A stretch of DNA of 64,000 nucleotides from Bacillota bacterium (GTDB lineage: Bacteria; Bacillota; UBA4882; UBA10575): positions 13,155 to 77,154 of the forward strand of contig JAAYHQ010000047.1 in NCBI GenBank assembly GCA_012727425.1. The letters run 5' to 3'. How positions within the stretch are numbered: position 1 is the first letter of the stretch; every line of letters begins with the position of its first letter. The translations under genes were made by a program, and so were the position numbers. Below, in pieces: positions 27,537 through 37,112 of the stretch. The notes under the pieces are model-generated. The model had not been told where the DNA came from. It ran no database searches and worked only from the letters and a program-made list of their open reading frames with translations.

Positions 27537-27956
27537 TTAAAAGTAATAGTGAAAACCGCCACCAATAGCGAAGCCGGTGTCAGGAAGGACATCCAGACCG
27601 AAGTCGAGGGAGAAGCCGAGCCTGGACAGTTCTTTCACGTTTAACGCCTTAAAGATGAAAAATTCGACGCCGACGCCGGTCCCCACGGCCAACTTGTTAT
27701 CGTCAAAACCAAACTCGCCAAAGCCAAAGAAGTTGAAATTGGCCTCCTTCGCCAGTTTGTACACGCCGCGGAGCCCGACAAAGTCGCCGGAGAGTAAGAG
27801 TTGGGCGTCCAGGTCCGGGGACAGGCTGTATTTTCCGCTCAAACACAGGTTGCGGCTGTCATAGACCCCCAGGGCAAAGTCGGCGGCGGCCGCACTCCCC
27901 ACCATAAGGAAGAGTAATAGTAGCGACAGGATAAGGACCAAAAATGTTTTGCGCAT
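27537..27956 (-). CDS. small outer-membrane beta-barrel-like protein (8-strand pattern)
   Basis: ORF 27537..27992. Start set at ATG 27956 (MRKTFLVL), after AAGGAG. Signal peptide ends ..GSAAAA. Eight amphipathic beta-like segments. The C-terminal GGGFHYYF matches the OMP terminal-aromatic signature. Confidence 0.5.
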   Translation of the reverse strand: MRKTFLVLILSLLLLFLMVGSAAAADFALGVYDSRNLCLSGKYSLSPDLDAQLLLSGDFVGLRGVYKLAKEANFNFFGFGEFGFDDNKLAVGTGVGVEFFIFKALNVKELSRLGFSLDFGLDVLPDTGFAIGGGFHYYF

Positions 27957-28253
27957 GAAACACCACTCCTTCTTCTTAATTTTTACAAGCAAGGGTTTGG
28001 TCTCTATTTTTTACTCTATTACACTATTATAGCCTTCCGAGGATAAAATAGGCAATGGGCTTTTTCGCGTCCGGCCCCACCGGCACCACGCTGGAACGTA
28101 TACCGGAATGATGCCGGGACGACCAGATTTCACCACTGTTTTTTACGCCCGTCCGATTCGCGGAAGGAAAATCTGTAGTTAACTCAGAATATACATTTAT
28201 GTTTAGTTGTTCTGTTCTTGTCTGGGTGAGGAGGTTCATCGCGAGGTGATCAT

Positions 28254-29015
28254 TTGATCAAGTTAGAAAAACTCCAAGCGATTCTCGAAGAGCTGGCCCC
28301 AGCGGCTCTGGCGGATAAATATGATCCTCCCCACTTCTGGCGAAAACCCGGTGGCAAACTGCAGAAGATCGGGGTTTGTGTTGATCCGACCGTTCAGAAT
28401 ATACGGATGGCGCAGCAAGACGGTGTTGACCTGTTAATCATCCATCATCCCTGTGGCGAGCAGGATGAAGCGCTCTTGGCCGGGCAGGAGATGGGGGTAT
28501 TCGTTTTGCACAGCGCCTGGAATAAAGCGCCCGACGGCAACACTGCGGTGCTGGCTCGTTTATTAAACTTCAGGGAAACGGTCCAAGACGGTGCGTTGGT
28601 AAGCGGTCGCATCGAGATGAGCCTCCGTGAACTCCTCTTTTCATGTCAGCGCCTCTTGAACACACCGATCTTGCCGTATGCAGGGGATCTAAATGCGCAG
28701 GTCCGTAATGTCCTGTTGATTTCCGGGTCTGGTTTTGCTCCTTTCTACAAAGAAGAGTGGGACAAGTATATTGCCAAAGGATGTGATACTTTCCTCTCTG
28801 CCGAACTGGGCCGGTTTGCCCTTTCTTATCTTTCCCGGCATAATATAAAACTGATCGATCTGGGCCACAGTGCGATGGCCCGCCCCGGCATGGAGCATTT
28901 AACCGATATGCTCCAGAACCGGTTGAAAATCTTCCACTGCCAAGTATTTTTTTATCCGGACATCTATGCGGTCAATTACCAAACGGCGACCTTCTACCCG
29001 GAGATGGTAAACTAG
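28254..29015 (+). CDS. Nif3-like dinuclear metal centre protein
   Basis: 253 aa. KIGVCVDPT..GVDLLIIHHP..HSAWN pattern of NIF3/YqfO. TTG start. Confidence 0.65.
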   Translation: MIKLEKLQAILEELAPAALADKYDPPHFWRKPGGKLQKIGVCVDPTVQNIRMAQQDGVDLLIIHHPCGEQDEALLAGQEMGVFVLHSAWNKAPDGNTAVLARLLNFRETVQDGALVSGRIEMSLRELLFSCQRLLNTPILPYAGDLNAQVRNVLLISGSGFAPFYKEEWDKYIAKGCDTFLSAELGRFALSYLSRHNIKLIDLGHSAMARPGMEHLTDMLQNRLKIFHCQVFFYPDIYAVNYQTATFYPEMVN

Positions 29016-29136
29016 TGAACGCCCGTGGGAACAGGACAAAACAGGGTCATCTTGGCGGAAGAGTACTTGGTTGTGTCTGCGGCTCATTTCAAGGTATAAA
29101 TCATGCCCATCAACACTGTGCGCTGGAGGGTTGTGG

Positions 29137-30378
29137 GTGGAAAGAGACCAAAGGGAAAAAGCGGTTATTGTTGGTAGTGAAGAAGACGGAAGTTTAGATG
29201 AGCTGGCGGCCTTGGTAGAATCGGCCGGAGGCCGGGTTATGGCGCGAATGGTCCTGCGTCGTGCGCAACCCGATCCGGCTTTCTTTCTGACTGCAGGGAA
29301 GCTGGGGGAGTTGAAGGGCTTGGTCAGTACGGAGGGGGCTGTCCTGGTGGTTTTTGACGATGAACTCTCTCCGGTTCAAGCCCGTAACCTGGAGGAAGAA
29401 TTGGCGGTTAAAATTATCGACCGGACGGAGTTGATTTTGGATATCTTTGCGCAACGGGCGCGGACTAAAGAGGCCAAACTGCAGGTGGAAAAGGGCCAAT
29501 TGGAGTACCTGCTGCCCCGGCTCACCGGAAAAGGAGTCATCCTCTCCCGTTTGGCCGGGGGGATTGGCACCCGCGGTCCGGGTGAAACCAAGCTGGAAGC
29601 GGACCGGCAACGCATCCGGGCGCGGATCGCCGTTTTGAACCGGCGCTTAAGACAAGTCAAAGCCAACCGGCGGTTACAGCGGGCACCCCGCCGCCGCCTC
29701 TCCTGGCCGGTCTTGGCGCTGGTCGGCTACACCAATGCGGGGAAATCCACCCTTTTTCGCCTGTTGACCGGTGCCGATGTCGGGGTGGAGGACCGGTTGT
29801 TCACCACATTGGATCCGACGATCCGCCGGTTGACTTTCCCGAATCAACTGGAGACCTTGATCATTGATACAGTGGGTTTGATCCGGAAACTGCCCCACCA
29901 GTTGGTTGAGGCGTTCCGGGCCACCTTGGAAGAACTTTACGAGGCGGATCTCCTGATCCACGTGGTGAATCTGGCCAGCCCCTACCGGGATGAAGAGTAC
30001 ATGGCCGGGCGGCAACTCCTCCGGGAACTGGGCCTGGAAGACAAGCCCTCTATTACCGTGCTCAACAAGGTGGACTTGGTGGAAAATGAGTTTACCGTTT
30101 TCCGGGCCGTGCGAACTTATCCGCAGGCGGTGGCGATCTCGGCCCGGACCGGGGCCGGGGTTGAAGAATTGAAAGACAAAGTGGTGGCGATGCTCTCGGC
30201 CCACGTTGACCGGGGCGCTTTTTTCATCCCCTTTACGGAAGGGGGTTACCTTTCCCTGCTCCACGAAAAAGGGAAGGTGTACACGCAGGAATACCGGGAT
30301 TCCGGTGTCTATCTCGAAGTGGAACTGCCGAGGGTCTGGGCCGAACGTCTACGGCAGTTCCGGGTCAGCGGTGATTAA
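29137..30378 (+). CDS. hflX: GTPase HflX
   Basis: ORF 29071..30378. Likely GTG start at 29137, 6 nt after GGAGGG. HflX N-domain (PDPAFFLTAGKLGEL), G1 GYTNAGKST, DTVG, NKVD. Confidence 0.9.
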   Translation: MERDQREKAVIVGSEEDGSLDELAALVESAGGRVMARMVLRRAQPDPAFFLTAGKLGELKGLVSTEGAVLVVFDDELSPVQARNLEEELAVKIIDRTELILDIFAQRARTKEAKLQVEKGQLEYLLPRLTGKGVILSRLAGGIGTRGPGETKLEADRQRIRARIAVLNRRLRQVKANRRLQRAPRRRLSWPVLALVGYTNAGKSTLFRLLTGADVGVEDRLFTTLDPTIRRLTFPNQLETLIIDTVGLIRKLPHQLVEAFRATLEELYEADLLIHVVNLASPYRDEEYMAGRQLLRELGLEDKPSITVLNKVDLVENEFTVFRAVRTYPQAVAISARTGAGVEELKDKVVAMLSAHVDRGAFFIPFTEGGYLSLLHEKGKVYTQEYRDSGVYLEVELPRVWAERLRQFRVSGD

Positions 30379-30432
30379 AATATTATTCCATTGACTTTAT
30401 ATTGACTTTCGCGGGTGTGGACCGCATAAGCC

Positions 30433-30461
30433 GCATAATCTTCCTCCTTCGGGCATAGGGT
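30433..30461 (+). promoter_or_regulatory. possible sigma-E-type promoter of spoIID
   Basis: GCATAAT (30433-39), 14-nt spacer, CATAGGGT (30454-61). The -35 fits the B. subtilis sigma-E pattern well; the -10 matches only CATA...T. Confidence 0.3.
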
Positions 30462-30491
30462 AGAATGTTAAATGACCGACGGAGGATGGGG

Positions 30492-31433
30492 ATGAAGCAG
30501 CTCGCCGGCTTTTTTCTTTTTTTCTTTGTGCTTCTTTGTTTGTTACCGTTCTTTCTGGTGAAGTGCACGCCGGCCCCGCCGGGAATTACCGTCCAACTTT
30601 ACTTGAAAGAGGAGCAGAAAACGATTACGCTTGCTTTGGAAGAATATGTGAAAGGGGTCGTGGCCGCCGAGATGCCAGCCCTGTTTGAGCTGGAAGCGTT
30701 AAAAGCCCAGGCGGTGGCGGCCCGGACGATCGCGGTCCGGCGCATGAGGCGTTTCGGCGGGACCGGTTATCCGGCGGTTCCCGGTGCCGATCTCAGTGAC
30801 GATGTCAGTGACTCCCAAGCCTGGCTTAACCGGAAACAGTTAGTTGCCAAATGGGGGCGGTGGGGATACCATCGTTACTGGCGAAAGATCAGCGCGGCGG
30901 TGGAAGCGACCAGCGGCTTGATCCTGACTTATTACGGGCGGCCCATTGATGCGCTTTACCATTCGACCAGCGGTCCGCGGACCGCCAACGCGGAAGAGCT
31001 GTGGGGCACAGCCGTTCCTTATCTGCAAAGCGTTCCCTGCTCTTTTGACCAGCACTCCCCGCGTTACCGGCAAGAAAAGGTCTTTCCGGTTCCGGAGCTC
31101 CTTGCCGCCCTTGGCATGGCCGAGAAAGTACCGTCCGGCGGTCTTACGCTGCGGATTTTGAGCCGGACGTCAAGCGGACGGGTGCACACCGTGCAGATCG
31201 GGAACGCAGTTTTCTCCGGAAACGAGCTCCGTTCCCGGTTGGGCTTGGCCTCCACCAATTTCACCGTTGAAATCCGCGCCGGCCGGGTTGTCGTGACGAC
31301 GATCGGCTACGGGCACGGGGTTGGTTTGTGTCAATACGGTGCCGACGGTATGGCCCGGGCGGGCAAGACCTTCCGGGAGATCCTACATCATTACTATCCG
31401 GGGGTTGAACTTAAAAAACTGCGATTGGACTGA
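30492..31433 (+). CDS. spoIID: stage II sporulation protein D (lytic transglycosylase)
   Basis: ORF 30465..31433. ATG 30492 lies 6 nt after GGAGG. VVAAEMP..EALKAQAVAARTI..YHSTSGP..GHGVGLCQYGA. Confidence 0.9.
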   Translation: MKQLAGFFLFFFVLLCLLPFFLVKCTPAPPGITVQLYLKEEQKTITLALEEYVKGVVAAEMPALFELEALKAQAVAARTIAVRRMRRFGGTGYPAVPGADLSDDVSDSQAWLNRKQLVAKWGRWGYHRYWRKISAAVEATSGLILTYYGRPIDALYHSTSGPRTANAEELWGTAVPYLQSVPCSFDQHSPRYRQEKVFPVPELLAALGMAEKVPSGGLTLRILSRTSSGRVHTVQIGNAVFSGNELRSRLGLASTNFTVEIRAGRVVVTTIGYGHGVGLCQYGADGMARAGKTFREILHHYYPGVELKKLRLD

Positions 31434-31547
31434 GGCGCGGGAAAGTTGTGCCCCCCGCGCTACCGGCGTCCATGAAAGGAAGCAAAGTTAAGTTGGGCGC
31501 GCGCCCCCGGCGTGCCGGGGTGAAGCAATCGGTTCTGGCAAGAGCAG

Positions 31548-31571
31548 ACGGCCGTCGGGGCCGTTTTTTTT
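31548..31571 (+). terminator. intrinsic terminator after spoIID
   Basis: ACGGCC-gtcgg-GGCCGT followed by T8. Confidence 0.65.
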
Positions 31572-31584
31572 GGCCCGGCGACAT

Positions 31585-31613
31585 GGATAAATCAGGAACA
31601 ATTGGGAAAACTA
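31585..31613 (+). promoter_or_regulatory. sigma-F-like forespore promoter
   Basis: GGATA (31585-89), 15-nt spacer, GGAAAACTA (31605-13). Compared with the B. subtilis sigma-F pattern GCATR-15-GGHRARHTX, it matches 4 of 5 and 9 of 9 positions. Confidence 0.4.
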
Positions 31614-31643
31614 GCATCTAAACTGTTCTTTGAGGTGACAACG

Positions 31644-32411
31644 ATGCGCGCAAAGAAGCAAGGGAAACTGAGTTTCAAAACGGGCTGGACCCGTTGGTGG
31701 CCGTTTCTGACCAGAGCCTTCCGGTTGGGATGGGGCGGGTTGACTCGCCTCCTGGTCCGCCGCCGGTTCCTGGTGGGCGTTGGCAGTTTCCTCCTCCTGG
31801 TGGCGGTGGGCTGGACAATCGGCCGCCGGTTGAGTCCGGTGGTCACTTCCCCTCCGCTCACGGTCGCGGACCGGGCGGGGGCGGTGGACAAAAAGGCGCC
31901 CGATTATGCGGCAGTACTGCAGGAACGGCAAGCGGATCCGGCCGTACTGCGCTCCCAACTCCCGGCGGAAGAGGCGGACCGGACCGCACCGGCCGTTGAC
32001 GCCGGGCCGGTCTTCACCCCCCGGCAGTTGGCGCCACCCGTGGCCGGGAAAGTAATCAAGCGGAGCGGATGGGAGAAAAAAGACGGTGCGTGGCGCTACC
32101 ATGCGGGCGTTGATTTTTCCGTTCCCCCCGGCACGCCCGTGGTGGCGGCAGCGGCTGGCCGGGTTGTTGCGGTCAGAACCGAAGCGGCCTTGGGGACGGT
32201 GGTGGTGATTGAGCACGGAAATGACTGGCAGTCTTTATACGGTCAGCTCACCGGGATTCAGGTCGTCCCCGGCCAGGAGGTGGCCCGGGGGGCGCTTTTG
32301 GGTTACAGTTCGCGGGCCGGTTGCGGCCCGGCTCCGGGAGTCCATTTCAACCTGTATTACCGGGATGATCCGGTGGACCCGTCGACGGTGTTGAATCTTG
32401 CCCAGGAATAG
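31644..32411 (+). CDS. membrane-anchored LytM (M23) domain protein, SpoIIQ-like by position
   Basis: ORF 31602..32411. ATG 31644 lies 5 nt after GAGGTGA. One N-terminal TM segment and a Pro/Ala-rich linker. M23 motifs YHAGVD (HxxxD) and GVHFNL. Sits between spoIID and spoIIID. Confidence 0.6.
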   Translation: MRAKKQGKLSFKTGWTRWWPFLTRAFRLGWGGLTRLLVRRRFLVGVGSFLLLVAVGWTIGRRLSPVVTSPPLTVADRAGAVDKKAPDYAAVLQERQADPAVLRSQLPAEEADRTAPAVDAGPVFTPRQLAPPVAGKVIKRSGWEKKDGAWRYHAGVDFSVPPGTPVVAAAAGRVVAVRTEAALGTVVVIEHGNDWQSLYGQLTGIQVVPGQEVARGALLGYSSRAGCGPAPGVHFNLYYRDDPVDPSTVLNLAQE

Positions 32412-32444
32412 CACTGTAGACGGAGACTAACCCAAAGGTCCAGG

Positions 32445-32473
32445 TTATATTGTTCCTCTTCCACCCATATAAT
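32445..32473 (+). promoter_or_regulatory. sigma-E-like mother-cell promoter of spoIIID
   Basis: TTATATT (32445-51), 14-nt spacer, CATATAAT (32466-73). Compared with the sigma-E pattern (ATA-containing -35, 14 nt, CATACAHT), it matches 7 of 7 and 7 of 8 positions. Confidence 0.45.
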
Positions 32474-32504
32474 TTAGTGAAAAATCACGGGAGAGGGTGG
32501 AGGA

Positions 32505-32795
32505 GTGAAGGACTATATTCAACAGCGTGTACTCGACCTGAGTAGGTTTATCGTGAAGGAGAAAGCCACTGTCCGTCAGGCCGCCGGTCATTTCGGCGTC
32601 AGCAAAAGTACAGTCCATAAAGATGTAACCGAGCGTCTGCCCGGCATTAATAAAATATTGGCCAAGGAAGTCAAGCGGGTTTTGGAGACTAATAAGGCAG
32701 AACGCCATATCCGCGGCGGGGAGGCCACCCGCCGAAAATACCAGACCAAGCTAGAAAAGGGGGAAAAAAAAGGAGGATATTCCAAAATAGTATAG
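32505..32795 (+). CDS. spoIIID: stage III sporulation protein D (HTH transcription factor)
   Basis: 96 aa. MKDYIQQRVLDL..ATVRQAAGHFGVSKSTVHKDVTERL..NKAERHIRGGEATRRKY is near-canonical SpoIIID. GTG start after GGTGGAGGA. Confidence 0.92.
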   Translation: MKDYIQQRVLDLSRFIVKEKATVRQAAGHFGVSKSTVHKDVTERLPGINKILAKEVKRVLETNKAERHIRGGEATRRKYQTKLEKGEKKGGYSKIV

Positions 32796-32840
32796 AAATT
32801 ATCGAAAGACGCATAATTTACTCCATTAGGGGGCGCAGAC

Positions 32841-33857
32841 ATGTTGAATCTCTCTTGTGACATCGGAATCGATCTTGGAACGGCTAATATTCTGGTGTAT
32901 GTACGGGGTAAAGGCATTGTTGTGCGGGAACCTTCGGTTTTGGCCCTAGACAAACAGACCGGGAAGATTTTGGCGGTTGGTGAAGAAGCCCGGCGCATGA
33001 TTGGGCGCACCCCCGGCAATATCATTGCCGTGCGGCCGATGAAGGATGGGGTCATTGCCGATTACGACGTCACCGAGACCATGCTCAAGTACTTTATTGA
33101 AAAGGTAAGCCCGAAACCAAGATTGTTCCGACCACAAGTTGTCGTCTGTATCCCTTCCGGGGTGACCAGCGTCGAAAAAAGGGCGGTTTTGGAAGCCGCC
33201 ATGCAAGCCGGAGCGAAGAACACCTATTTAATTGAGGAACCGATGGCAGCGGCGGTCGGTGCGGGGATCGATATTTACGAAGCCAGCGGCAATATGATTG
33301 TGGATATGGGCGGCGGCACCACCGATGTGGCCATTATTTCCCTGGGCGGGATCGTGGTCAGCCAGTCGTTGCGGATTGGCGGTGACAAGTTTGATGAAGC
33401 CATTATCAGATACATCAAAAAAATGTACAATCTGATCATCGGCGAACGGAGCGCGGAGGAGATCAAGATCCAGATTGGTTCGGCTTATCCAGAGGGAGAA
33501 GGCAAAAGCATGGAGATCCGGGGCCGGGATCTGGTCACCGGACTGCCGCGGACCATCACCTTTACTTCGGCCGAATCGTTCCAGGCCATGGCCGAGCCGA
33601 TCAATAGTGTGATCGATGGGATCCGATCCGTCTTGGAACGAACCCCGCCGGAACTGGCCTCCGACATCATGGACAAGGGGATTGTGCTCACCGGCGGCGG
33701 TGCTTTGCTGCATGGTTTCGAAAAACTATTAAAGGAAGAGACCGGAATACCGATACATTTAGCAGAGGATCCCCTCTCCTGTGTGGTATTGGGTACCGGT
33801 AAAATCCTGGAAAATCTCGACAAAACCAATTTGATTGTTGGGAGCCGATCCGTTTAA
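32841..33857 (+). CDS. mbl: rod-shape-determining actin homolog MreB/Mbl
   Basis: 338 aa. [46 protein letters not shown]. The position after spoIIID matches Bacillus mbl. Confidence 0.9.
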   Translation: MLNLSCDIGIDLGTANILVYVRGKGIVVREPSVLALDKQTGKILAVGEEARRMIGRTPGNIIAVRPMKDGVIADYDVTETMLKYFIEKVSPKPRLFRPQVVVCIPSGVTSVEKRAVLEAAMQAGAKNTYLIEEPMAAAVGAGIDIYEASGNMIVDMGGGTTDVAIISLGGIVVSQSLRIGGDKFDEAIIRYIKKMYNLIIGERSAEEIKIQIGSAYPEGEGKSMEIRGRDLVTGLPRTITFTSAESFQAMAEPINSVIDGIRSVLERTPPELASDIMDKGIVLTGGGALLHGFEKLLKEETGIPIHLAEDPLSCVVLGTGKILENLDKTNLIVGSRSV

Positions 33858-33947
33858 TTATACCCAGACCAATACCGAGCCACGGAAGACTAGGGCAGCG
33901 GGGAGACTCACTGCCTTTTTTCAATTTATGGACAAGGAGGTGAGAAA

Positions 33948-34682
33948 GTGCTCAGAAGTTTGTATACGGCGGCCAGCGGCATGAACCACGAGCTGAACCG
34001 GCAAGATGCGATCGCCAATAATTTGGCCAACATTAATACGGCCGGTTACAAAAAAGATGAGATGATTGGGGCCTCTTTCCATGCCGAACTTTATTACGCC
34101 ATTGAGCGCAAGTCGATCCAGCCGATCGGGTTTGCGCCTCTTGGGGTCGAGACGGACGAGGTTTTTACCTACCTGACGACCGGAAATATCCTGATGACCG
34201 AAAATCCCTTGGATGTAGCGATCATTGGCGCCGGTTACTTTGTGGTTGACAACGGGGTTAACCAGGCGTTAACCCGGAATGGTCATTTCACCATTAACGC
34301 CGAAGGGTATTTGACTACGGACAACGGGGAATTGGTCTTGGGCGAGAACGGACCAATCCGCCTGGAGGGACCGGTTGAGATCGGCCCCGACGGGACCATC
34401 CGGGCCAACAACCAGGTGGTCGACCGCCTGCTGGTGGTGATGCCCCCGGATGAAACGTTGTTGGTGAAAGAGGGACACACCCGGTTTCTTTACGACGGGG
34501 AATGGACCAGGCTGGAAAACGCCGTATTGCAACAGGGCGCCTTGGAAAGTTCCAACGTGAATGCGATTGAAGAGATGACGAAGATGATTGCCGTGACCAG
34601 GGCTTACGAAAGCAACCAAAAGGTTATTGCCGTAACGGATGGGATCATGAACAAGATTGCCAATGAGATCGGGCGGCTTTAA
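33948..34682 (+). CDS. flgF: flagellar basal-body rod protein FlgF (FlhO-like)
   Basis: 244 aa. N-terminal SLYTAASGM..IANNLANINTAGYKKD. C-terminal LESSNVN..EMTKMIAVTRAYESNQK. Confidence 0.8.
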   Translation: MLRSLYTAASGMNHELNRQDAIANNLANINTAGYKKDEMIGASFHAELYYAIERKSIQPIGFAPLGVETDEVFTYLTTGNILMTENPLDVAIIGAGYFVVDNGVNQALTRNGHFTINAEGYLTTDNGELVLGENGPIRLEGPVEIGPDGTIRANNQVVDRLLVVMPPDETLLVKEGHTRFLYDGEWTRLENAVLQQGALESSNVNAIEEMTKMIAVTRAYESNQKVIAVTDGIMNKIANEIGRL

Positions 34683-34771
34683 AAAGGGGGGCTGGACCTT
34701 ATCCGGAGGTCCCCTGGACAACCGTTGAACGACCGAGACGGTTGTGAACTTAAAACAGGGAGGTACGGAAG

Positions 34772-35560
34772 TTGATTCGAGCACTTTGGACGGCCAGTTC
34801 GGGGATGATTGCCCAGCAGACCAATATCGATATCATCTCGAATAACTTGGCGAATGTGAACACGGTGGGTTATAAAAAATCCCGGGCCCAGTTTCAGGAC
34901 TTGCTCTACCAGACAATCCGGCCCGCGGGCAGCACGACCGCGCAGGGAAATATGACCCCCACCGGCTTGCAAGTCGGCCACGGTGTCCGGTTGGTTTCGA
35001 CGAGTAAATCCTACGAGCAAGGCGATGTCATGCAGACCGGGAACGCCCTTGACCTGATGATCGAAGGGGACGGTTTTTTCCAAGTGTTGTTGCCCGACGG
35101 GTCCATCGGGTATACCCGGGATGGTAATTTTAAAATCGACGGTGAAGGACGGATTGTTAACAACGACGGTTACATCCTCCAACCGGAGATTTGGATCCCG
35201 GAAAACGCGACGGATGTGATTATTGGGGCCGATGGGACGGTCAGCGTGCGGTTGGCGGGGGAACAAATGCCGCAGGAGATCGGCCTGATCGAACTGGCGC
35301 GCTTCTTAAACCCGGAAGGGCTGATTAATATCGGACGCAACATTGTGCGGCCTTCTTATGCCTCTGGCGAGGCCCAATACGGAAGGGCCGGTTTGGACGG
35401 TTTTGGGACCATCGCCCAAGGTTACCTCGAGATGTCCAACGTTAAAGTGGTGGAAGAGATGGTCAATATGATCGTGGCCCAACGGGCTTACGAGATTAAC
35501 TCCAAAGCAATCCAGGCGGCCGATGAAATGCTCCAGACGGCAAATAACCTCAGACGGTAA
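34772..35560 (+). CDS. flgG: flagellar distal rod protein FlgG (FlhP-like)
   Basis: 262 aa. [62 protein letters not shown]. Confidence 0.9.
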   Translation: MIRALWTASSGMIAQQTNIDIISNNLANVNTVGYKKSRAQFQDLLYQTIRPAGSTTAQGNMTPTGLQVGHGVRLVSTSKSYEQGDVMQTGNALDLMIEGDGFFQVLLPDGSIGYTRDGNFKIDGEGRIVNNDGYILQPEIWIPENATDVIIGADGTVSVRLAGEQMPQEIGLIELARFLNPEGLINIGRNIVRPSYASGEAQYGRAGLDGFGTIAQGYLEMSNVKVVEEMVNMIVAQRAYEINSKAIQAADEMLQTANNLRR

Positions 35561-35562
35561 AA

Positions 35563-36522
35563 ATGAGAAACGCTTGGCTCTTGGTGCTTAGTTTATGCCT
35601 CCTGACCGGAATCCTTCCGGTGGACGCCGCCGAACCAAAAGCAGTCATTACGATCCCCCCCACGGTGGAGGTGGAAGGGGAGGAGCTTGAACTGGGGCAG
35701 GTGGCGGTGATTGTGGCGGAACCAAAGCTTCGGGAGTCCATCAGCCGGATTAACCTGGGCCGTGCCCCGCGCTTCGGTGAAATTGCCGCCCTTTACCGGA
35801 CGAATGTCACCTATATTCTGGATCGTTCGGGCTTGGCGGGCACCTATACGCTGGAGATGCCCGCAAAGGTGGTGGTGACCCGGGCCAGTCAACTGGTCAC
35901 CCCGGAACAGATGCTGGCGGCGGTTGAGGCCTATATCGGGGGACAGGCCTCGCCCTACTGGACCGCCTGGCGGGTGGAACCGGGGCGTCTACAGGAACGG
36001 CAGGTTCCCCGGGGTGAGCTTGCGTACCGGTTGGAAGGAAGCGGCTCACCGGTTAAACCCGGTTTGAACACTTTCCGGCTGGCGATCCTGGTGGACGGGG
36101 CGGTTTTTACGACGGTTCCGGTGACCGTGCGTTTGACCATTGAGGCGCCGGTGTATGTCTGTACGCAGCAGTTAAGCCGCCACCAAGAACTCACGGCCGA
36201 CGTGGTCCGCCGGGAGGTACGGGAACTGACGACGGGTAACGAATGGTTGGAGGAACTGACGGCCGAGCGCTACCGGACAACCCGTGATCTTCCAGCGGGA
36301 CGTGTCCTATTGGTACGGGATCTGGAAGAAAAACCTTTGGTGACGAAGGGCAGTAAAGTAAGGTTGATTCTTGTGTCCGGGCCGATTCAGGTGGAACTGA
36401 CTGCGCAGGCGGAAAAGGACGGCTGGTTGGGCCAGGAGATTACCGTGACCAACCTGAGCAGCAACCGCCGGCTGACGGCAACCGTGATCGGACCCGGGTT
36501 AGTGGAGGTGAAGTTGAAGTGA
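35563..36522 (+). CDS. flgA: flagellar P-ring assembly chaperone FlgA
   Basis: 319 aa with a signal peptide. C-terminal SAF/FlgA pattern (PLVTKGSKVRLI..GWLGQEITVTNLSSNRRLTATVIGPGLVEV). Confidence 0.7.
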   Translation: MRNAWLLVLSLCLLTGILPVDAAEPKAVITIPPTVEVEGEELELGQVAVIVAEPKLRESISRINLGRAPRFGEIAALYRTNVTYILDRSGLAGTYTLEMPAKVVVTRASQLVTPEQMLAAVEAYIGGQASPYWTAWRVEPGRLQERQVPRGELAYRLEGSGSPVKPGLNTFRLAILVDGAVFTTVPVTVRLTIEAPVYVCTQQLSRHQELTADVVRREVRELTTGNEWLEELTAERYRTTRDLPAGRVLLVRDLEEKPLVTKGSKVRLILVSGPIQVELTAQAEKDGWLGQEITVTNLSSNRRLTATVIGPGLVEVKLK

Positions 36523-37091
36523 AACGGATCTTCCTCTTTTCTCTGGTGGGAATCCTTCTCCTCGCGGCGGTGAGCGCGGAAGCGAGTTCTCTGTGGACAG
36601 AGGAAAGCGGTTCGTATTTTATAAAACCACGGCGGAATTTTCGTGTGGGCGACCTCCTGACGATTGTTATTTCGGAACAGTCATCGGCCACTTCAAAGAC
36701 AGGGGTCAGTTCCGATGAAGGTAGCACCATTGTGGTGGGACCGGGCGCCGGCCTTCTGACCGACCTGCTTCCTTACTTGAAAGCGTCCAACAGCACTTCC
36801 TATGACGGGGCAACGGGGACGAACAAGACCGGAAGCTTGAAAGCCCAGATTACGGTAAAAGTGGTTGCGATCGACGACAATGGGAATCTGTGTTTTGAAG
36901 GGACGAAAGAGATCAACGTCAATCGCGACCTCCAGCGGTTGACCTTTAGCGGCGTGGTCCGCCCGGAAGATGTGGACCGGAATAATACCGTCCTCTCCAC
37001 CTATGTGGCCGAAGCGAAGATCGACTACATTGGTAATGATTATGCGACGCAGAAAGGGCTCTTGACCCGGGCCTTTGAGTGGTTGTTCTAG
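36519..37091 (+). CDS. flgH: flagellar L-ring protein FlgH
   Basis: 190 aa. SLW..RNFRVGDLLTIVISEQSSA..GSLKAQITVKV..GNL..G.KEINVN...L.FSGVVRPEDV..NTVLSTYVAEAKIDY. 4-nt overlap with flgA. Confidence 0.85.
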   Translation: MKRIFLFSLVGILLLAAVSAEASSLWTEESGSYFIKPRRNFRVGDLLTIVISEQSSATSKTGVSSDEGSTIVVGPGAGLLTDLLPYLKASNSTSYDGATGTNKTGSLKAQITVKVVAIDDNGNLCFEGTKEINVNRDLQRLTFSGVVRPEDVDRNNTVLSTYVAEAKIDYIGNDYATQKGLLTRAFEWLF

Positions 37092-37112
37092 GGGGTTTTT
37101 GGTGGACGTGAG

